From Bacillota bacterium (GTDB taxonomy: Bacteria > Bacillota > Ch66 > Ch109): DNA of 64,000 bases. A program made the translations under genes and the position numbers. Positions 1 to 10,979 of this stretch are shown here, piece by piece (positions within the stretch are counted from its first letter, which is position 1; every line of letters begins with the position of its first letter). Location: the NCBI GenBank assembly GCA_050952625.1, contig JBMNLH010000001.1, positions 1,216,001 through 1,280,000 of the forward strand, written 5' to 3'. The notes beneath the pieces were generated by a model that was not told where the DNA came from, did not search any database, and worked only from the letters and a program-made list of their open reading frames with translations.

Positions 1-1171
1 CCTCGTTGAAGGCATTCTGCGGTCCCCGGATAACCCGTTCGGAGACAGCTTGTTCCACTCCCCGGCGGGGCCAACCGCTGGTTTCAATCACCAGGGCCTG
101 AGGAACTCCCTGGATGAAGAGGGCTGCAGCCCCGGAATTTATGGATTCGATGATATCGGAGAACTTTTCCCTTGTTTTCACCGCAGCTACTGGTAACAAG
201 CGCTGTTTAATCAAACCGAGCAAGGGGGCTCCACTCTGAGCCGAACTTAGCTCAGACATTAGCATTAGCGGCTCAAAAATAGATTGCGCTAATCGACCGG
301 GATCAGCTAGACCCTCGACATAGACCACAATTGCTTTAGTCGGCGGCTCAGTGCCTACCACAAACTCCCGGACAATTAAACCCGTATCTGTCGGCCAGTG
401 AAAAGCTTCCCCAATATAGAATAAATTTTGCTCCAGATCGGCATATACTTGAAGGTCTTGAGCGGTGTTATCATTAGAGTTAGGACCGGTTGTTTTGTTC
501 CCTTCTGGAGCAGAGGCCCTTTTAATTGAATGATTGCCCTTATTATTGCTACTAGTATTTTTGTTTTCCGAATTAATACTATTTGACTGTTTAGATGTCG
601 TGCCTTGATTGGACTGCCGGTGCTGACGGTGTTGTCGACGACTACGCGAACCCGAACCGGGTTGGTCTCCTTTGGAACTGCTTGGTGATTCGGTGCTTTT
701 TTGTCCGGATTTGGAGTCTCCCGAACTAGCTCGAGATTCACCGGCAGCTTGTTTTTGCTTAAGCTGGTCGGATACTTTTTTCACTAGCTCCACGGTAATT
801 GGGTCGCCAATTTTGGCAGCCCGGGTCGGCCGACGTGCCAACCGATAGCCGGGCCCTGGTTGACGGACCGATGTAGAAGCCGCTTGAGTATCATGGTCTT
901 GTTTCTGCTGACCAGGCGGCGGTTGATTAGGGTTTTGTTGATTCGAACCACCAGTCTCCGCATGAGTTTTGGCTGGTTGACTATCTTGAGTTGAACCGCT
1001 ATTTGATTGAGTTGTATTTGTTATTGGCGGTTGTTTCTGGTCTGCGGTTTGCTCGGCGGTTTCTTTGTTTCCTTCTGGTTGGTCATCAACAGATTCCAGC
1101 AACTCAAAAGGCTGGGCTTGATCCGGTTCTTGAAAAGTAAGAATTTTAGCCAACGTTTGCCAAAAACCCAA
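1..1171 (-). CDS. GerA/GerKA-family spore germination receptor A subunit, 5' part (runs off the window edge), with long low-complexity N-terminus
   Basis: Not in ORF track. TTG at 1171 after RBS GAGGGGGGA; frame open to position 2; reads ...AIVVYVEGLAD...ERVIRGPQNAFNE, matching the GerA RGP-x-x-x-F-x-E motif. Confidence 0.85.
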   Translation of the reverse strand, partial: MGFWQTLAKILTFQEPDQAQPFELLESVDDQPEGNKETAEQTADQKQPPITNTTQSNSGSTQDSQPAKTHAETGGSNQQNPNQPPPGQQKQDHDTQAASTSVRQPGPGYRLARRPTRAAKIGDPITVELVKKVSDQLKQKQAAGESRASSGDSKSGQKSTESPSSSKGDQPGSGSRSRRQHRQHRQSNQGTTSKQSNSINSENKNTSSNNKGNHSIKRASAPEGNKTTGPNSNDNTAQDLQVYADLEQNLFYIGEAFHWPTDTGLIVREFVVGTEPPTKAIVVYVEGLADPGRLAQSIFEPLMLMSELSSAQSGAPLLGLIKQRLLPVAAVKTREKFSDIIESINSGAAALFIQGVPQALVIETSGWPRRGVEQAVSERVIRGPQNAFNE

Positions 1172-1335
1172 AGATTATCCCCCCTCGGGATAAAAGTTTA
1201 CTTTAGTTGTTTCCCAAAGAGTGAATCAGTATCCAAAAAATGACCAAGCAAGGAAGAACAAAAAAGGCACCACCGGCGATATAACCAGTGCTGCCTTTCA
1301 AGACAGATTGTTCGTTTATCGTTAACAGACTATCA

Positions 1336-2412
1336 TTATAACTCATTCATTTTTCTGATTATGGCATCAGCCATTTCCGCTGTCCCGACAGCAGTGGGGT
1401 CATTGCGATCTAGTTTAAGATCATAGGTGACATCTTTCCCTTCGGCAATAACCGCCATTACTGCTTGTTCCAGTTTATCAGCTGCCTCGGCTTCGCCCAA
1501 ATGGCGCAACATAAGCATCCCGGACAAAATAACGGCAGTCGGGTTAACCTTGTTGAGGCCTTTATATTTGGGGGCTGAGCCATGGGTGGCTTCAAAGACA
1601 GCAGCCTCGTCACCGATGTTGGCTCCCGGAGCGACACCCAGCCCGCCGACCAACCCGGCACAAAGGTCAGATAAAATATCGCCGTAGAGATTCTCCATAA
1701 CCAGGACATCAAAGGCCTCCGGCCGCTGCACTAATTGCATGCACATGGCATCGACCAGCCATTCTTCGTACTCAATCTGTCCTGCATAGTCTCGGGCTAC
1801 TTCTTGAGCTGCCCGATAGAAAAGACCGTCCGTGAATTTCATAATATTGGCCTTAGCCACCGCGGTCACTTTTTTCCGGCCATTGCGGACTGCATAGTCA
1901 AAAGCGTAGCGAACGATCTTTTTGGATGCTTCCAATGAAATAGGTTTGATGGAGATCGCGGAATCGTTTTTAATTTTGCCATTACTCATGGCCATAATCT
2001 GACGGGCTTCCGCGCTTCCCAGGTCAAATTCAACACCGGCATAAAGATCTTCGCTGTTTTCCCGGACAATAACTAGGTCAATGTCTGAGTAGCGAGACCT
2101 CACTCCAGGGTAGCTTTTACAGGGACGGACACAGGCGTAGAGGTTAAGGGCATGTCGCAAAGCAACATTAACACTACGAAATCCCGTGCCAATCGGGGTG
2201 GTTATGGGTCCCTTTAAGGCGACGCGGTTGCGACGAACACTTTCCAGGACTTGATCAGGCAGGGGGGTGCCGTATTTTTCCATAATATCTACCCCAGCCT
2301 CCTGGATTTCCCAGTCTATATTAACCCCCGTTGCATCAATCACTCTTTTGGCTGCTGCGATTAATTCAGGTCCTGTTCCATCACCAGGAATCAAGGTTAC
2401 TGTGTGTGCCAA
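1336..2412 (-). CDS. icd: NAD-dependent isocitrate dehydrogenase (isocitrate/isopropylmalate dehydrogenase family)
   Basis: [28 protein letters not shown] and FEATHGSAP motifs. Confidence 0.8.
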   Translation of the reverse strand: MAHTVTLIPGDGTGPELIAAAKRVIDATGVNIDWEIQEAGVDIMEKYGTPLPDQVLESVRRNRVALKGPITTPIGTGFRSVNVALRHALNLYACVRPCKSYPGVRSRYSDIDLVIVRENSEDLYAGVEFDLGSAEARQIMAMSNGKIKNDSAISIKPISLEASKKIVRYAFDYAVRNGRKKVTAVAKANIMKFTDGLFYRAAQEVARDYAGQIEYEEWLVDAMCMQLVQRPEAFDVLVMENLYGDILSDLCAGLVGGLGVAPGANIGDEAAVFEATHGSAPKYKGLNKVNPTAVILSGMLMLRHLGEAEAADKLEQAVMAVIAEGKDVTYDLKLDRNDPTAVGTAEMADAIIRKMNEL

Positions 2413-2522
2413 CTAACTTCTCTCCCTTCGCCACATTATTTGTTATAACTACTATTGTCATCATCCTTCGGCTGACAATTATCATAATACCATAAAATTT
2501 GTGAATGGGAGGGAAAAAAATA

Positions 2523-2542
2523 AAAAACCTCCATGCTGGAGG
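2523..2542 (-). terminator. Rho-independent terminator of the tRNA-Gly/tRNA-Arg pair
   Basis: CCTCCA/TGGAGG hairpin followed by a U-run on the minus strand. Confidence 0.6.
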
Positions 2543-2558
2543 CTGTTGTTCGCTCTTA

Positions 2559-2633
2559 TGGTGCGCCCGACAGGAATCGAACCTGTGCTCCTGGCTCCGG
2601 AGGCCAGTGCTCTATCCCCTGAGCTACGGGCGC
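2559..2633 (-). tRNA. tRNA-Arg(CCG)
   Basis: GCGCCCGTAGCTCAG...anticodon loop CTCCGGA...GGTTCGATTCC...CCA. Confidence 0.95.
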
Positions 2634-2634
2634 T

Positions 2635-2708
2635 TGGAGCGGGTGATGGGAATCGAACCCACGCAACTAGCTTGGAAGGCTAGGGCTCTACCATTGAGCT
2701 ACACCCGC
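2635..2708 (-). tRNA. tRNA-Gly(TCC)
   Basis: GCGGGTGTAGCTCAATGG...loop CTTCCAA...GGTTCGATTCC...CCA. Confidence 0.95.
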
Positions 2709-2808
2709 AAACGCAAGTGAATTATAGCATATGAATAATCTAAAGTCAAAGGGTTAGTTTGATTTTTTTGAGTTGGCACGTAGGATGGAGATGCCGGCCG
2801 CAATTGTA

Positions 2809-4285
2809 CTAATGACAGCGGCTACTTGAAACACCCGAGCAATTGAAGCCGCATAAACTTCTCGGCTTAATTCCACGGTAGTGCAGGTAGGAGTCGAAAG
2901 GGAATAGGACTAAGGAAAAGTACGCAAAGACAGCGGAAGACAGGGTTACTCCCAGAACCATGCCTAAATTGCGTCCAGTAGCGACAACTCCGCCAGCGAT
3001 CCCTAGCTTAAATAGAGGAACTGAACCCATGACTGAACTATTATTTGGGGCATTAAACAATGACATTCCTAATCCATAGATACCTAACCCCACAACAACT
3101 TTAGCAATTAAGGCTGACGAGCCTAACAATGATAAATTGATCAGAGCAAAGGTGGTGATAATGAGACCAAGGCAGGTAAGTGTTTGATAACCAATTCGAT
3201 CAGATAACCAGCCGGCAGTAGGTGAGACAACTGCCATAGTCAAAGGAATGGCGGTCATAATCAGACCCATTTGCTGCGGGGTTAACAAAAGGGAACCTGC
3301 CCCAGGTAAAAGGGGATCCAGAAGGAGACAAAGAAAGACACCATATAAGCCAAGACAGAGGCTGAAATACCGCTGGCGAAGGTCCAATTTTGAAATAGAT
3401 TTAAATCTAGCAGGGGCAATTTAACCCTTTTTTCTCGATAGATGAATAAAAAAAGCAAGTTGAGACCCGCAATGCCAGAGATAAGCGTCAGCGGATTTTG
3501 CCAACCCCAGGTCGGGCCCTGCCCTAAACTAAGCAGGAATAAGATAATACCTGAGGCAAATAAGGCAAAGCCAAGCAGATCAAGCTGATGACGTAGTTGA
3601 ATGACTTGAGATATGAGTCTCTGAATCCGGCCGGTAGGACCGGTTTCTTGATCCATTATAAACTGGTTAGTTTGACCAAGTGAATGATTCGGCAGGTAAC
3701 GGTAAGCTAAGTAGAAGCCAATGACCCCCAAAAAAACGTTGAGGTAAAAAATTTTTGACCAATCCCACGTTCCGACAATAAAGCCGCCGAGGATCGGCCC
3801 GGTAAGGGTGCCTAAGGCCACGACTGTCCCGGTGGTCCCTCAGAGCCTGACCACGTTGACTGGGAGGAAAAGAGGCTGTTACAATCCCCATGCCGGTCGA
3901 CATCAACATCGAAGCTCCTATTGCCTGAAAAGCCCGACACAAGGCCAGGAGCCACACATTTCCAGCCTGACTGCAAAGGCCAGAACCAATAGCAAATATC
4001 AGAAAACCGGTGGAATATACCGGCTTGCCCCCAATCAAATCACCGATGCGGCCAAATAAGAGTAGGGTCGCTGTAATGCATAATAAATAGGCAGTAACTA
4101 CCCATTGAGCAGTCTGGGGAAGGATTCCCCATCGTCACAGCAATCGAAGGAGTAGCGATGTTTACCATGCTTCCATCCATACAGGAGATAAAAATACCAA
4201 CGGAAACTACCATTAAAACCATCCATTTGTTGGCGTAGGGTTCAGTTTTTGGTGACTGGCTTAGCCTTGCTGATTCATAATTCAC
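2809..4285 (-). pseudogene. DHA2 (EmrB/QacA-like) MFS transporter split over four frames (real pseudogene or indel errors)
   Basis: Consecutive ORFs 4040-4285, 3667-4038, 3282-3821 and 2809-3387 carry successive MFS segments (DGSMVNIATP, RAFQAIGA, GPILGG..W..IFYLN, GWLSDRIG, APNNSSVMG). Confidence 0.85.
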
Positions 4286-4532
4286 GGGCTTACCTCCAGT
4301 ACTTTTGGATATTTGGCAAGAGGAATTCCTACTTTAGTTTAGCAGACCAGCTAGCATCTGGTAAGTCTAAACTTAGAATCGAGGTAAAAGTCAACAAGCC
4401 TTGTCCCGATTTATCGGCGCCTCCACTTTTTTAAGCCCGCAGGGCAAGGAGAGGTCAGCCTGAAGCCGACGCGGTGCGTTCCTGTCTAGGGTGTGCCCGA
4501 GCAAAATAAGGCATAGGATCTGTTAAGTAAAA

Positions 4533-4564
4533 AGAGAAACCCGGTTAACGTTCCTGGGTTTCTC
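4533..4564 (-). terminator. Terminator downstream of ahcY
   Basis: GAGAAACCC/GGGTTTCTC inverted repeat with U-tail on the minus strand. Confidence 0.6.
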
Positions 4565-4607
4565 ATCATCGGTATTACTTTAGCTATGGGGCCCTGCCAA
4601 TTAGTGA

Positions 4608-5874
4608 CTACTGCCAACTAGCCAGATATTTTTCCTGTTCTGGGGTTAGACGGTCAATTTGTATCCCGCGACTCTGTAGACGGAGGTGAGCCACCAGTTG
4701 ATCTATTTCGGCTGGCACCTTGATGATTCGAGGTTCTAACCGACCAGCATTTTCAGCCAGATAACGAGCGGAAAGGGCCTGTAGTGAGAAGCTAGTGTCC
4801 ATCACTTCCGCTGGATGGCCGTCACCCGCGGCTAGGTTAACCAGCCGACCCTGAGCTAGAAGATAAACTCGACGACCATCGGGAAACACAAATTCCTCAA
4901 TATTGTTCCGAACAGTTCTGGTAGATATAGCTAAAGATGCCAGGTCTGACTTATTTATTTCCACATCAAAATGACCGGCATTGGCCAGAATTGCTTTGTC
5001 CTTGATTACTTCCAGGTGTTCCCGCCGGATTACGCTAACATTACCGGTTACAGTTATGAAAAAGTCACCCTGCGGAGCGGCTGCTAAAAGGGGCATAACT
5101 TCAAAACCATCCATCAAGGCTTCGTTCGCTTTAATCGGATCAATTTCCGTCACGATAATCCGGGCTCCCAAACCCATTCGCCCGCATCGCTACTCCTTTA
5201 CCACACCAGCCATAACCGACAACGACCACGGTCTTACCGGCTATCACCAGATTAGTGGTTCGCATTATCCCATCCCAGACAGACTGTCCAGTTCCGTAAC
5301 GATTGTCAAAAAGATATTTCATTAAAGCATCATTAACTGCGATCATCGGAAACCGAAGCAGTCCGTCTCTTTCCATTGACCGAAGTCTGACTAGGCCTGT
5401 AGTAGTTTCTTCACAACCGCCAACTACCTCTGTAACCTGCTCGGGTCTTTCGGTGTGTAATAGAGTTACGACATCACCCCCGTCATCAATGATGATTTCG
5501 GGGTGATAATCCAGGGCCCGGTGAATATTAGCGAAGTACTCTTCAGTAGTAGAACCATGCCAGGCAAAAGCTCGTACACCACTGGCTACAAGCCCGGCCA
5601 CTACATCATCTTGAGTGGAAAGAGGGTTGCTGGCTACTACAGTAACATCAGCCCCGGCGGCTAACAGGGTCAAAGCAAGGTAAGCTGTTTTGGCCTCAAG
5701 ATGGAGACAAAGCAAAATGCGTCGACCAGCAAGGGGCTTCTCCTGAGAAAACCGACGATACAACTCGTTCAAAATCGGCATATGCATTTTAACCCATTCA
5801 ATCTTTAGTAAACCTTCGGGCGCAAGACCAAGATCTCGAATAAGTGATTGTTGGCTAATTGTTTCATGCTTCAT
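4608..5874 (-). CDS. ahcY: Adenosylhomocysteinase, one apparent +1 frameshift near 5178
   Basis: [24 protein letters not shown] and GYGWCGKG in ORF 5140-5874; [15 protein letters not shown] and GHPAEVMD in ORF 4608-5177. Confidence 0.9.
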
Positions 5875-6096
5875 TGGCTGTTTTATTACCTGCCTTTCTT
5901 TCCAGACATAACTTTTCTTAAACTTGTCCCTAATACTATTTCATTATATTTTAACATAAACAACAGTCGATTTTTTCTTTTCTTATTTTTGGAAGGAAAT
6001 TTAAAGCTTAAGAGCGAATAGAATAGTGAAGTCGCTAGGCTCCGGCTCCTAATCAAAATTTCCTATGCTTATGCAGTGAAAGGAGGAGGTTATTGT

Positions 6097-7336
6097 TTGG
6101 TCGACCTAACCAAAGTATTAGCGGTGGTACTAGCTGGTGGCGAAGGTAGTCGGTTATTTCCTCTGACCGAACAACGAGCCAAACCGGCCGTTCCGTTTGG
6201 AGGTAAATACCGTATTATAGACTTTACTCTAAGTAACTGTATAAACTCTGGACTTCGAAGAGTAATGGTCTTAACTCAGTACAAGTCTCACTCTTTAGAA
6301 AGACATATTCGTTATTCCTGGGGATTTTTGAGTGGATGTCTTGGAGAATATATTTATCCTATTCCACCGCAACAAAGGGTTAACAAAAATTGGTATTTAG
6401 GCACTGCTGATGCGATTTTCCAAAACCTATATTCTATCCGAATGGCGAATCCTAGCTATGTGATCATTCTGGCCGGAGATCACGTTTATAAAATGGACTA
6501 TCGGCATATGCTTAATTATCATATTAGATCTGGAGCGGAGATTACCATCGGGACGATCGAAGTAGATAAGTCAGAAGCACCAAATTTTGGAGTAGTTAAA
6601 ATAGACTCCAACAGCGGCATTACTGGCTTTCTGGAGAAGCCCAAAGATCCGGCGATATTGGACCAATTACCACAAAAGGTATTGGTTTCAATGGGCATCT
6701 ATGTATTTCATATCAATAGCTTGATTGAATGGGTAGAAAAAGATGCAGCCAACCTGCAATCTGACCACGACTTTGGCAAAAACGTTATCCCTCAAATGCT
6801 GGAAGCCGGCAGAAGAGTATTTGCTTACCAGTTTCGGCAACCGAACAGTGATCAACCGCCTTATTGGAGAGATGTAGGGACCTTAGATGCTTACTATGAG
6901 GCAAATATGGACCTGGTTTCCGTGTTGCCATCCTTAAACCTTTACGATCCGGAGTGGCCATTTCGGACTTTTCAGGAACAGGTACCGCCGGCTAAATTTT
7001 TATTTAGTGAATCAGATACTGGTCGAATCGGGGACCGCGATTGATTCAATTGTGTGCGATGGTTGTATTATCAGCGGCGGAAAGGTAGTTCATTCCGTTC
7101 TTTCCCCGAATGTTCGGGTCAATAGCTACGCGGATGTTCGGGATTCAGTGATTATGTCGGGGGTTCAGATTGGTAGAAACAGCCGAATTCAAAGAGCTGT
7201 AATTGACAAAAATGTACGGATCCCCCCCAATTCAGTCATTGGTTATAATCCCGAGCAAGACGCCAAGCGATTTACAATAAGTGATTCAGGTGTTGTGTTT
7301 ATTCGAAAAGGAACTATTGTTGATGATTCGGGCTAA
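6097..7336 (+). CDS. glgC: Glucose-1-phosphate adenylyltransferase, apparent +1 frameshift in GGGG at 7030-7033
   Basis: [32 protein letters not shown] and DFGKNVIP; beta-helix C-terminus continues in ORF 7007-7336; start approximate. Confidence 0.9.
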
Positions 7337-7379
7337 ACTGGAACATTCAATAATTGAGGATTATGCGGGGGTTTTGAAG

Positions 7380-7808
7380 ATGTTTTCCACTAGCCTATCG
7401 GAAAATCTAGGTCCAGAACTACCAGAGAGTTACGGAAGAGACTACCTGGTAGTTTTGATGTGTAATCCAAATAAAGTTTTTGTTTTCTGGGAATCAAGTG
7501 TGCCTGGATTATCTTTAGCTTTACGCCGACGACCAATTGACCGGAACTCATCTGACGAGTTGCTAATCCTTGATAATCTAACTGAGAATCATCAGATGGG
7601 TCGTATCTATCTGGAGGTTCCATCGGGTAATTGCTTAAGGTTGGAATTAGGGGTATGGAAAGAAGGGAACTTTGATTCTCATATTATAAGCAATACCATA
7701 TTGCTCCCAGAATGTAAGGGAATTAGACCTGAGCTAACTGATAATAATCAAATTAAGTTGTATTTGATTATCCCTTGCATAATTTTAAAAAAGTTTAAAT
7801 TAAAGTAG
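7380..7808 (+). CDS. DUF4912-like protein in glycogen operon
   Basis: ELPESYGRDYLVVLMCNPNKVFVFWE motif; position between glgC and the GH57 gene; start uncertain. Confidence 0.6.
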   Translation: MFSTSLSENLGPELPESYGRDYLVVLMCNPNKVFVFWESSVPGLSLALRRRPIDRNSSDELLILDNLTENHQMGRIYLEVPSGNCLRLELGVWKEGNFDSHIISNTILLPECKGIRPELTDNNQIKLYLIIPCIILKKFKLK

Positions 7809-7819
7809 ATATCAGGAGG

Positions 7820-9433
7820 GTGACAACTTTGCCCGATGGACTGGTTATGCTGGTTTTTCACGCCCATCTTCCGTATGTTCGCCATCCGGAATTAAATTAC
7901 TGTCTCGAAGAGAATTGGTTTTTCGAAGCTATTACAGAGACTTATATACCTCTATTAATGATCTTTGAACAGCTGGTTGAGGATAATGTTAATTTTAAAA
8001 TCACCCTAACCATGACTCCTACCCTGATGAGTATGCTGAAGGACGATTTCCTTCAGGAACGATTTCGGAAGTATTTATCTTCTCGTTTGGAACTCGCTAA
8101 TAAAGAAAAGATTCGCACCTGGGGTCAACCTGGTTTTCACTGTGTAGCCCGCTGGTACCGGGCCCGACTTCAAGAGATTGAGCATTATTACCATAATTTA
8201 TACCGGGGAGATTTATTAAATGCCTTTCGTAAATTTAGCGAGATGGGCAAATTAGAAATTCTTACTTGTGCCGCAACTCACGGCTTTCTTCCTTTACTGC
8301 AGGGACAGCCACAAGCGGTTCGAGCACAATTACAGGTAGGAGTAGATACCTATCGTGACTTTATGGGCCGATCACCTCAGGGTATTTGGCTCCCCGAGTG
8401 TGCCTACTACCCGGGATTGGAAAAGATATTGCACCAAGTTGGTCTGCGTTACTTTTTCCTAGATACGAAGGGAGTAACCGAAGCCAGTCCAACTCCTCCT
8501 TGGGGAGTTTTTACACCTCTGATGACGGATAACCAAATCGCCGCTTTTGGTCGCGAAGCAGAAACATCTCGGCAAGTATGGTGCGCTCAAACTGGCTATC
8601 CAGGAGATCCCGTCTATCGTGATTTCTACCGTGACCTGGGTTTCGATCTGGATATGGATTATATAGGCCCCTATGTCGATCCAGCCGGGATCCGGATTTT
8701 CACCGGATTTAAGTACTATCAAGTGACTGGAAAAACAGATCAGAAACAACCCTACAATCCTCAAATCGCTTTGGAGCGCGCGCGACATCATGCGGAACAC
8801 TTCGCCGAAAGTCTGGTCAATCGGGCCAGGCAGTTGAAGCTTCAAATGAATAGGCAGCCATTGATCGTATCAGCCTATGACGCTGAACTACTCGGCCATT
8901 GGTGGTTTGAGGGACCGAACTGGTTGGAACACCTGCTGCGAACCCTGGATAAAGAAGGAAAGGTAGAAACGGCTACCGGACCCGAATACCTCAGTCAGTA
9001 CCCGGATAATCCAATAGGCCGACCAGCAGTGTCTTCCTGGGGAGATCAAGGATACTACAGCACCTGGTTAAACAACACAAACGACTGGATTTATCCGCAT
9101 CTTTATGCAGCTGGAGAACAAATGTCGGAGATGGTTCGACGTTATCCAAATGCTGCAGGATCGCTACAAAGAGTATTAAACCAAGCCTTGCGTGAGCTTT
9201 TATTAGCCCAAAGCAGTGACTGGGCCTTTATCATAAACAATCAAACAGCAGCTGAATACGCTGAGCGTCGAACAAAAGAACATTTGCATAATTTCCGACA
9301 GTTATACCTTTATGCTTGTTCAAGCCAATTGACCGAAACACTTCCCATTGAAGTGGATACACTATTAACTAGTTTAGAAGCGAAAAACAATTTATTCCCT
9401 AAAATCGACTATCGCGTGTTTAGAGAAAGCTAG
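7820..9433 (+). CDS. GH57 1,4-alpha-glucan branching enzyme (DUF1957 C-terminus)
   Basis: HAHLPYVRHP, ETYIPLL, GIWLPECAY, DAELLGHWWFEG and ELLLAQSSDW. Confidence 0.9.
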   Translation: MTTLPDGLVMLVFHAHLPYVRHPELNYCLEENWFFEAITETYIPLLMIFEQLVEDNVNFKITLTMTPTLMSMLKDDFLQERFRKYLSSRLELANKEKIRTWGQPGFHCVARWYRARLQEIEHYYHNLYRGDLLNAFRKFSEMGKLEILTCAATHGFLPLLQGQPQAVRAQLQVGVDTYRDFMGRSPQGIWLPECAYYPGLEKILHQVGLRYFFLDTKGVTEASPTPPWGVFTPLMTDNQIAAFGREAETSRQVWCAQTGYPGDPVYRDFYRDLGFDLDMDYIGPYVDPAGIRIFTGFKYYQVTGKTDQKQPYNPQIALERARHHAEHFAESLVNRARQLKLQMNRQPLIVSAYDAELLGHWWFEGPNWLEHLLRTLDKEGKVETATGPEYLSQYPDNPIGRPAVSSWGDQGYYSTWLNNTNDWIYPHLYAAGEQMSEMVRRYPNAAGSLQRVLNQALRELLLAQSSDWAFIINNQTAAEYAERRTKEHLHNFRQLYLYACSSQLTETLPIEVDTLLTSLEAKNNLFPKIDYRVFRES

Positions 9434-9448
9434 AGAGGAGCAAAACTC

Positions 9449-10897
9449 ATGAAGATTTTACTGGTAGCCGCCGAGGTGTCACCATTTGCTAAAACGGGAG
9501 GTCTGGCCGATGTAGCTGGATCACTGCCTAAAGCACTTAGAGCCTTAGGACATGACATCCGGATAATCTTACCGGCTTACCAGGAAATAAACCCAAAGGT
9601 CCAGAAATTTGTTCCTATCGGTAAAACGGTCAAGGTCAAAATAGGACAACTGCAACATCTAGGGGAAATACTGGAAGGACAATCAGGCGATGTTCCGGTA
9701 TATTTAATTAAGTGTGATGAATTATTTGACCGGCCAGGTATCTATGGTCCTCCTGAAGGAGGGGGATTTCCGGATAACCTCCAAAGATTTGCCTTTTTTT
9801 GCGGGGCAGTACTTGAAGCGATAAAAACGATTCCTTTTCCAGTCGAGGTTATCCACTGTAATGATTGGCATACTGCCTTGATTCCCGGTTTATTGAAAAC
9901 GCTATATGCTCAAGATCCTTTTTTTCAATCGATTCGGACACTATATACTGTCCATAACCTTGGTTACCAAGGCACATTTCCTTTAAATGATTTCGAGTCG
10001 CTTGGATTGGATCCTTGGCCATCTATAGCTGAAGCCTATGAGTATTATGGCGAAGTAAACTTCATGAAGGGTGGGGTTATTCTCGCCGATCTAATAAACA
10101 CGGTTAGTCCAAATTACGCTAAAGAAATTCAAACACCGGAACATGGCTGTGGACTGGATAAAATTTTGAATTTACGACGAGATCAGCTTTTTGGCATCCT
10201 AAATGGAATTGACTACCAAGATTGGAACCCGGTTATTGACCCTAACTTAATTAGCCCTTTTTCAATAAATTCTATTGATCGAAAAACCAAAAACAAGCAG
10301 GCGTTACAAAGAGAGTTAGGGCTCGAAGAGTCTTCTGATATTCCATTAGTCGGGATGGTCGCTCGTTTGGCTGAACAGAAGGGTTGTGACCTCTTAGGCG
10401 AAGCTTTGCCTTGTCTTTTACAGGATACTAATATGCAGTTCGTTGTGCTGGGTACTGGAGAAAAGCGTTATGAGGAACTAATAAAACAGTTAATCTGTAA
10501 ATATCCCAGGCAGGTTGCCGCTGAGTTTAATTTTAACGATCCTCTGGCTCATCGGATTTATGCCGGGGCAGATATTTTTCTTATTCCGTCACAATATGAG
10601 CCTAGCGGTCTTTCGCAAATGATCAGTTTCCGTTACGGGACCATCCCGGTCGCCCGGGCCACTGGCGGATTAGTTGATACAGTAATTGATTACTCCTCTA
10701 GTGAAAAAGGAAACGGTTTTCTGTTTCATGAGTATAGCGGCGAAGCTTTAGCCGGGGCGATCCGACGCGCCTTAGAGGTTTTTGTTCAGCCGGCAAAATG
10801 GAAGCAACTGATTAACAGAGGTATGAAATTGGATTTTTCCTGGAAAAACTCAGCCTTAGAATACCTGGCACTTTATTATAAAATTATTGTGGGCTAA
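9449..10897 (+). CDS. glgA: Glycogen synthase
   Basis: KTGGLADV, HCNDWHT, RLAEQKG and TGGLVDTV. Confidence 0.95.
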   Translation: MKILLVAAEVSPFAKTGGLADVAGSLPKALRALGHDIRIILPAYQEINPKVQKFVPIGKTVKVKIGQLQHLGEILEGQSGDVPVYLIKCDELFDRPGIYGPPEGGGFPDNLQRFAFFCGAVLEAIKTIPFPVEVIHCNDWHTALIPGLLKTLYAQDPFFQSIRTLYTVHNLGYQGTFPLNDFESLGLDPWPSIAEAYEYYGEVNFMKGGVILADLINTVSPNYAKEIQTPEHGCGLDKILNLRRDQLFGILNGIDYQDWNPVIDPNLISPFSINSIDRKTKNKQALQRELGLEESSDIPLVGMVARLAEQKGCDLLGEALPCLLQDTNMQFVVLGTGEKRYEELIKQLICKYPRQVAAEFNFNDPLAHRIYAGADIFLIPSQYEPSGLSQMISFRYGTIPVARATGGLVDTVIDYSSSEKGNGFLFHEYSGEALAGAIRRALEVFVQPAKWKQLINRGMKLDFSWKNSALEYLALYYKIIVG

Positions 10898-10979
10898 AAT
10901 TTTTGGATAATTATTTTTTGAGAGTCTTGTCCTGATTAAGGTAATCCAGTAGAATATAGTGGATTATTCGGGGTGAAAT

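Noticed and set aside
376-1243. ORFs 376-741(-) and 1007-1243(+)
   Set aside because: Alternate-frame or antisense shadows of the GerA-family gene.
2809-7336. At least five frameshifts in the MFS gene, ahcY and glgC as programmed frameshifting or phase variation
   Set aside because: They are small indels, mostly in short homopolymers, clustered in about 4.5 kb while the rest of the window is clean and the motifs are intact. Local sequencing error is more likely; read pile-ups would settle it.
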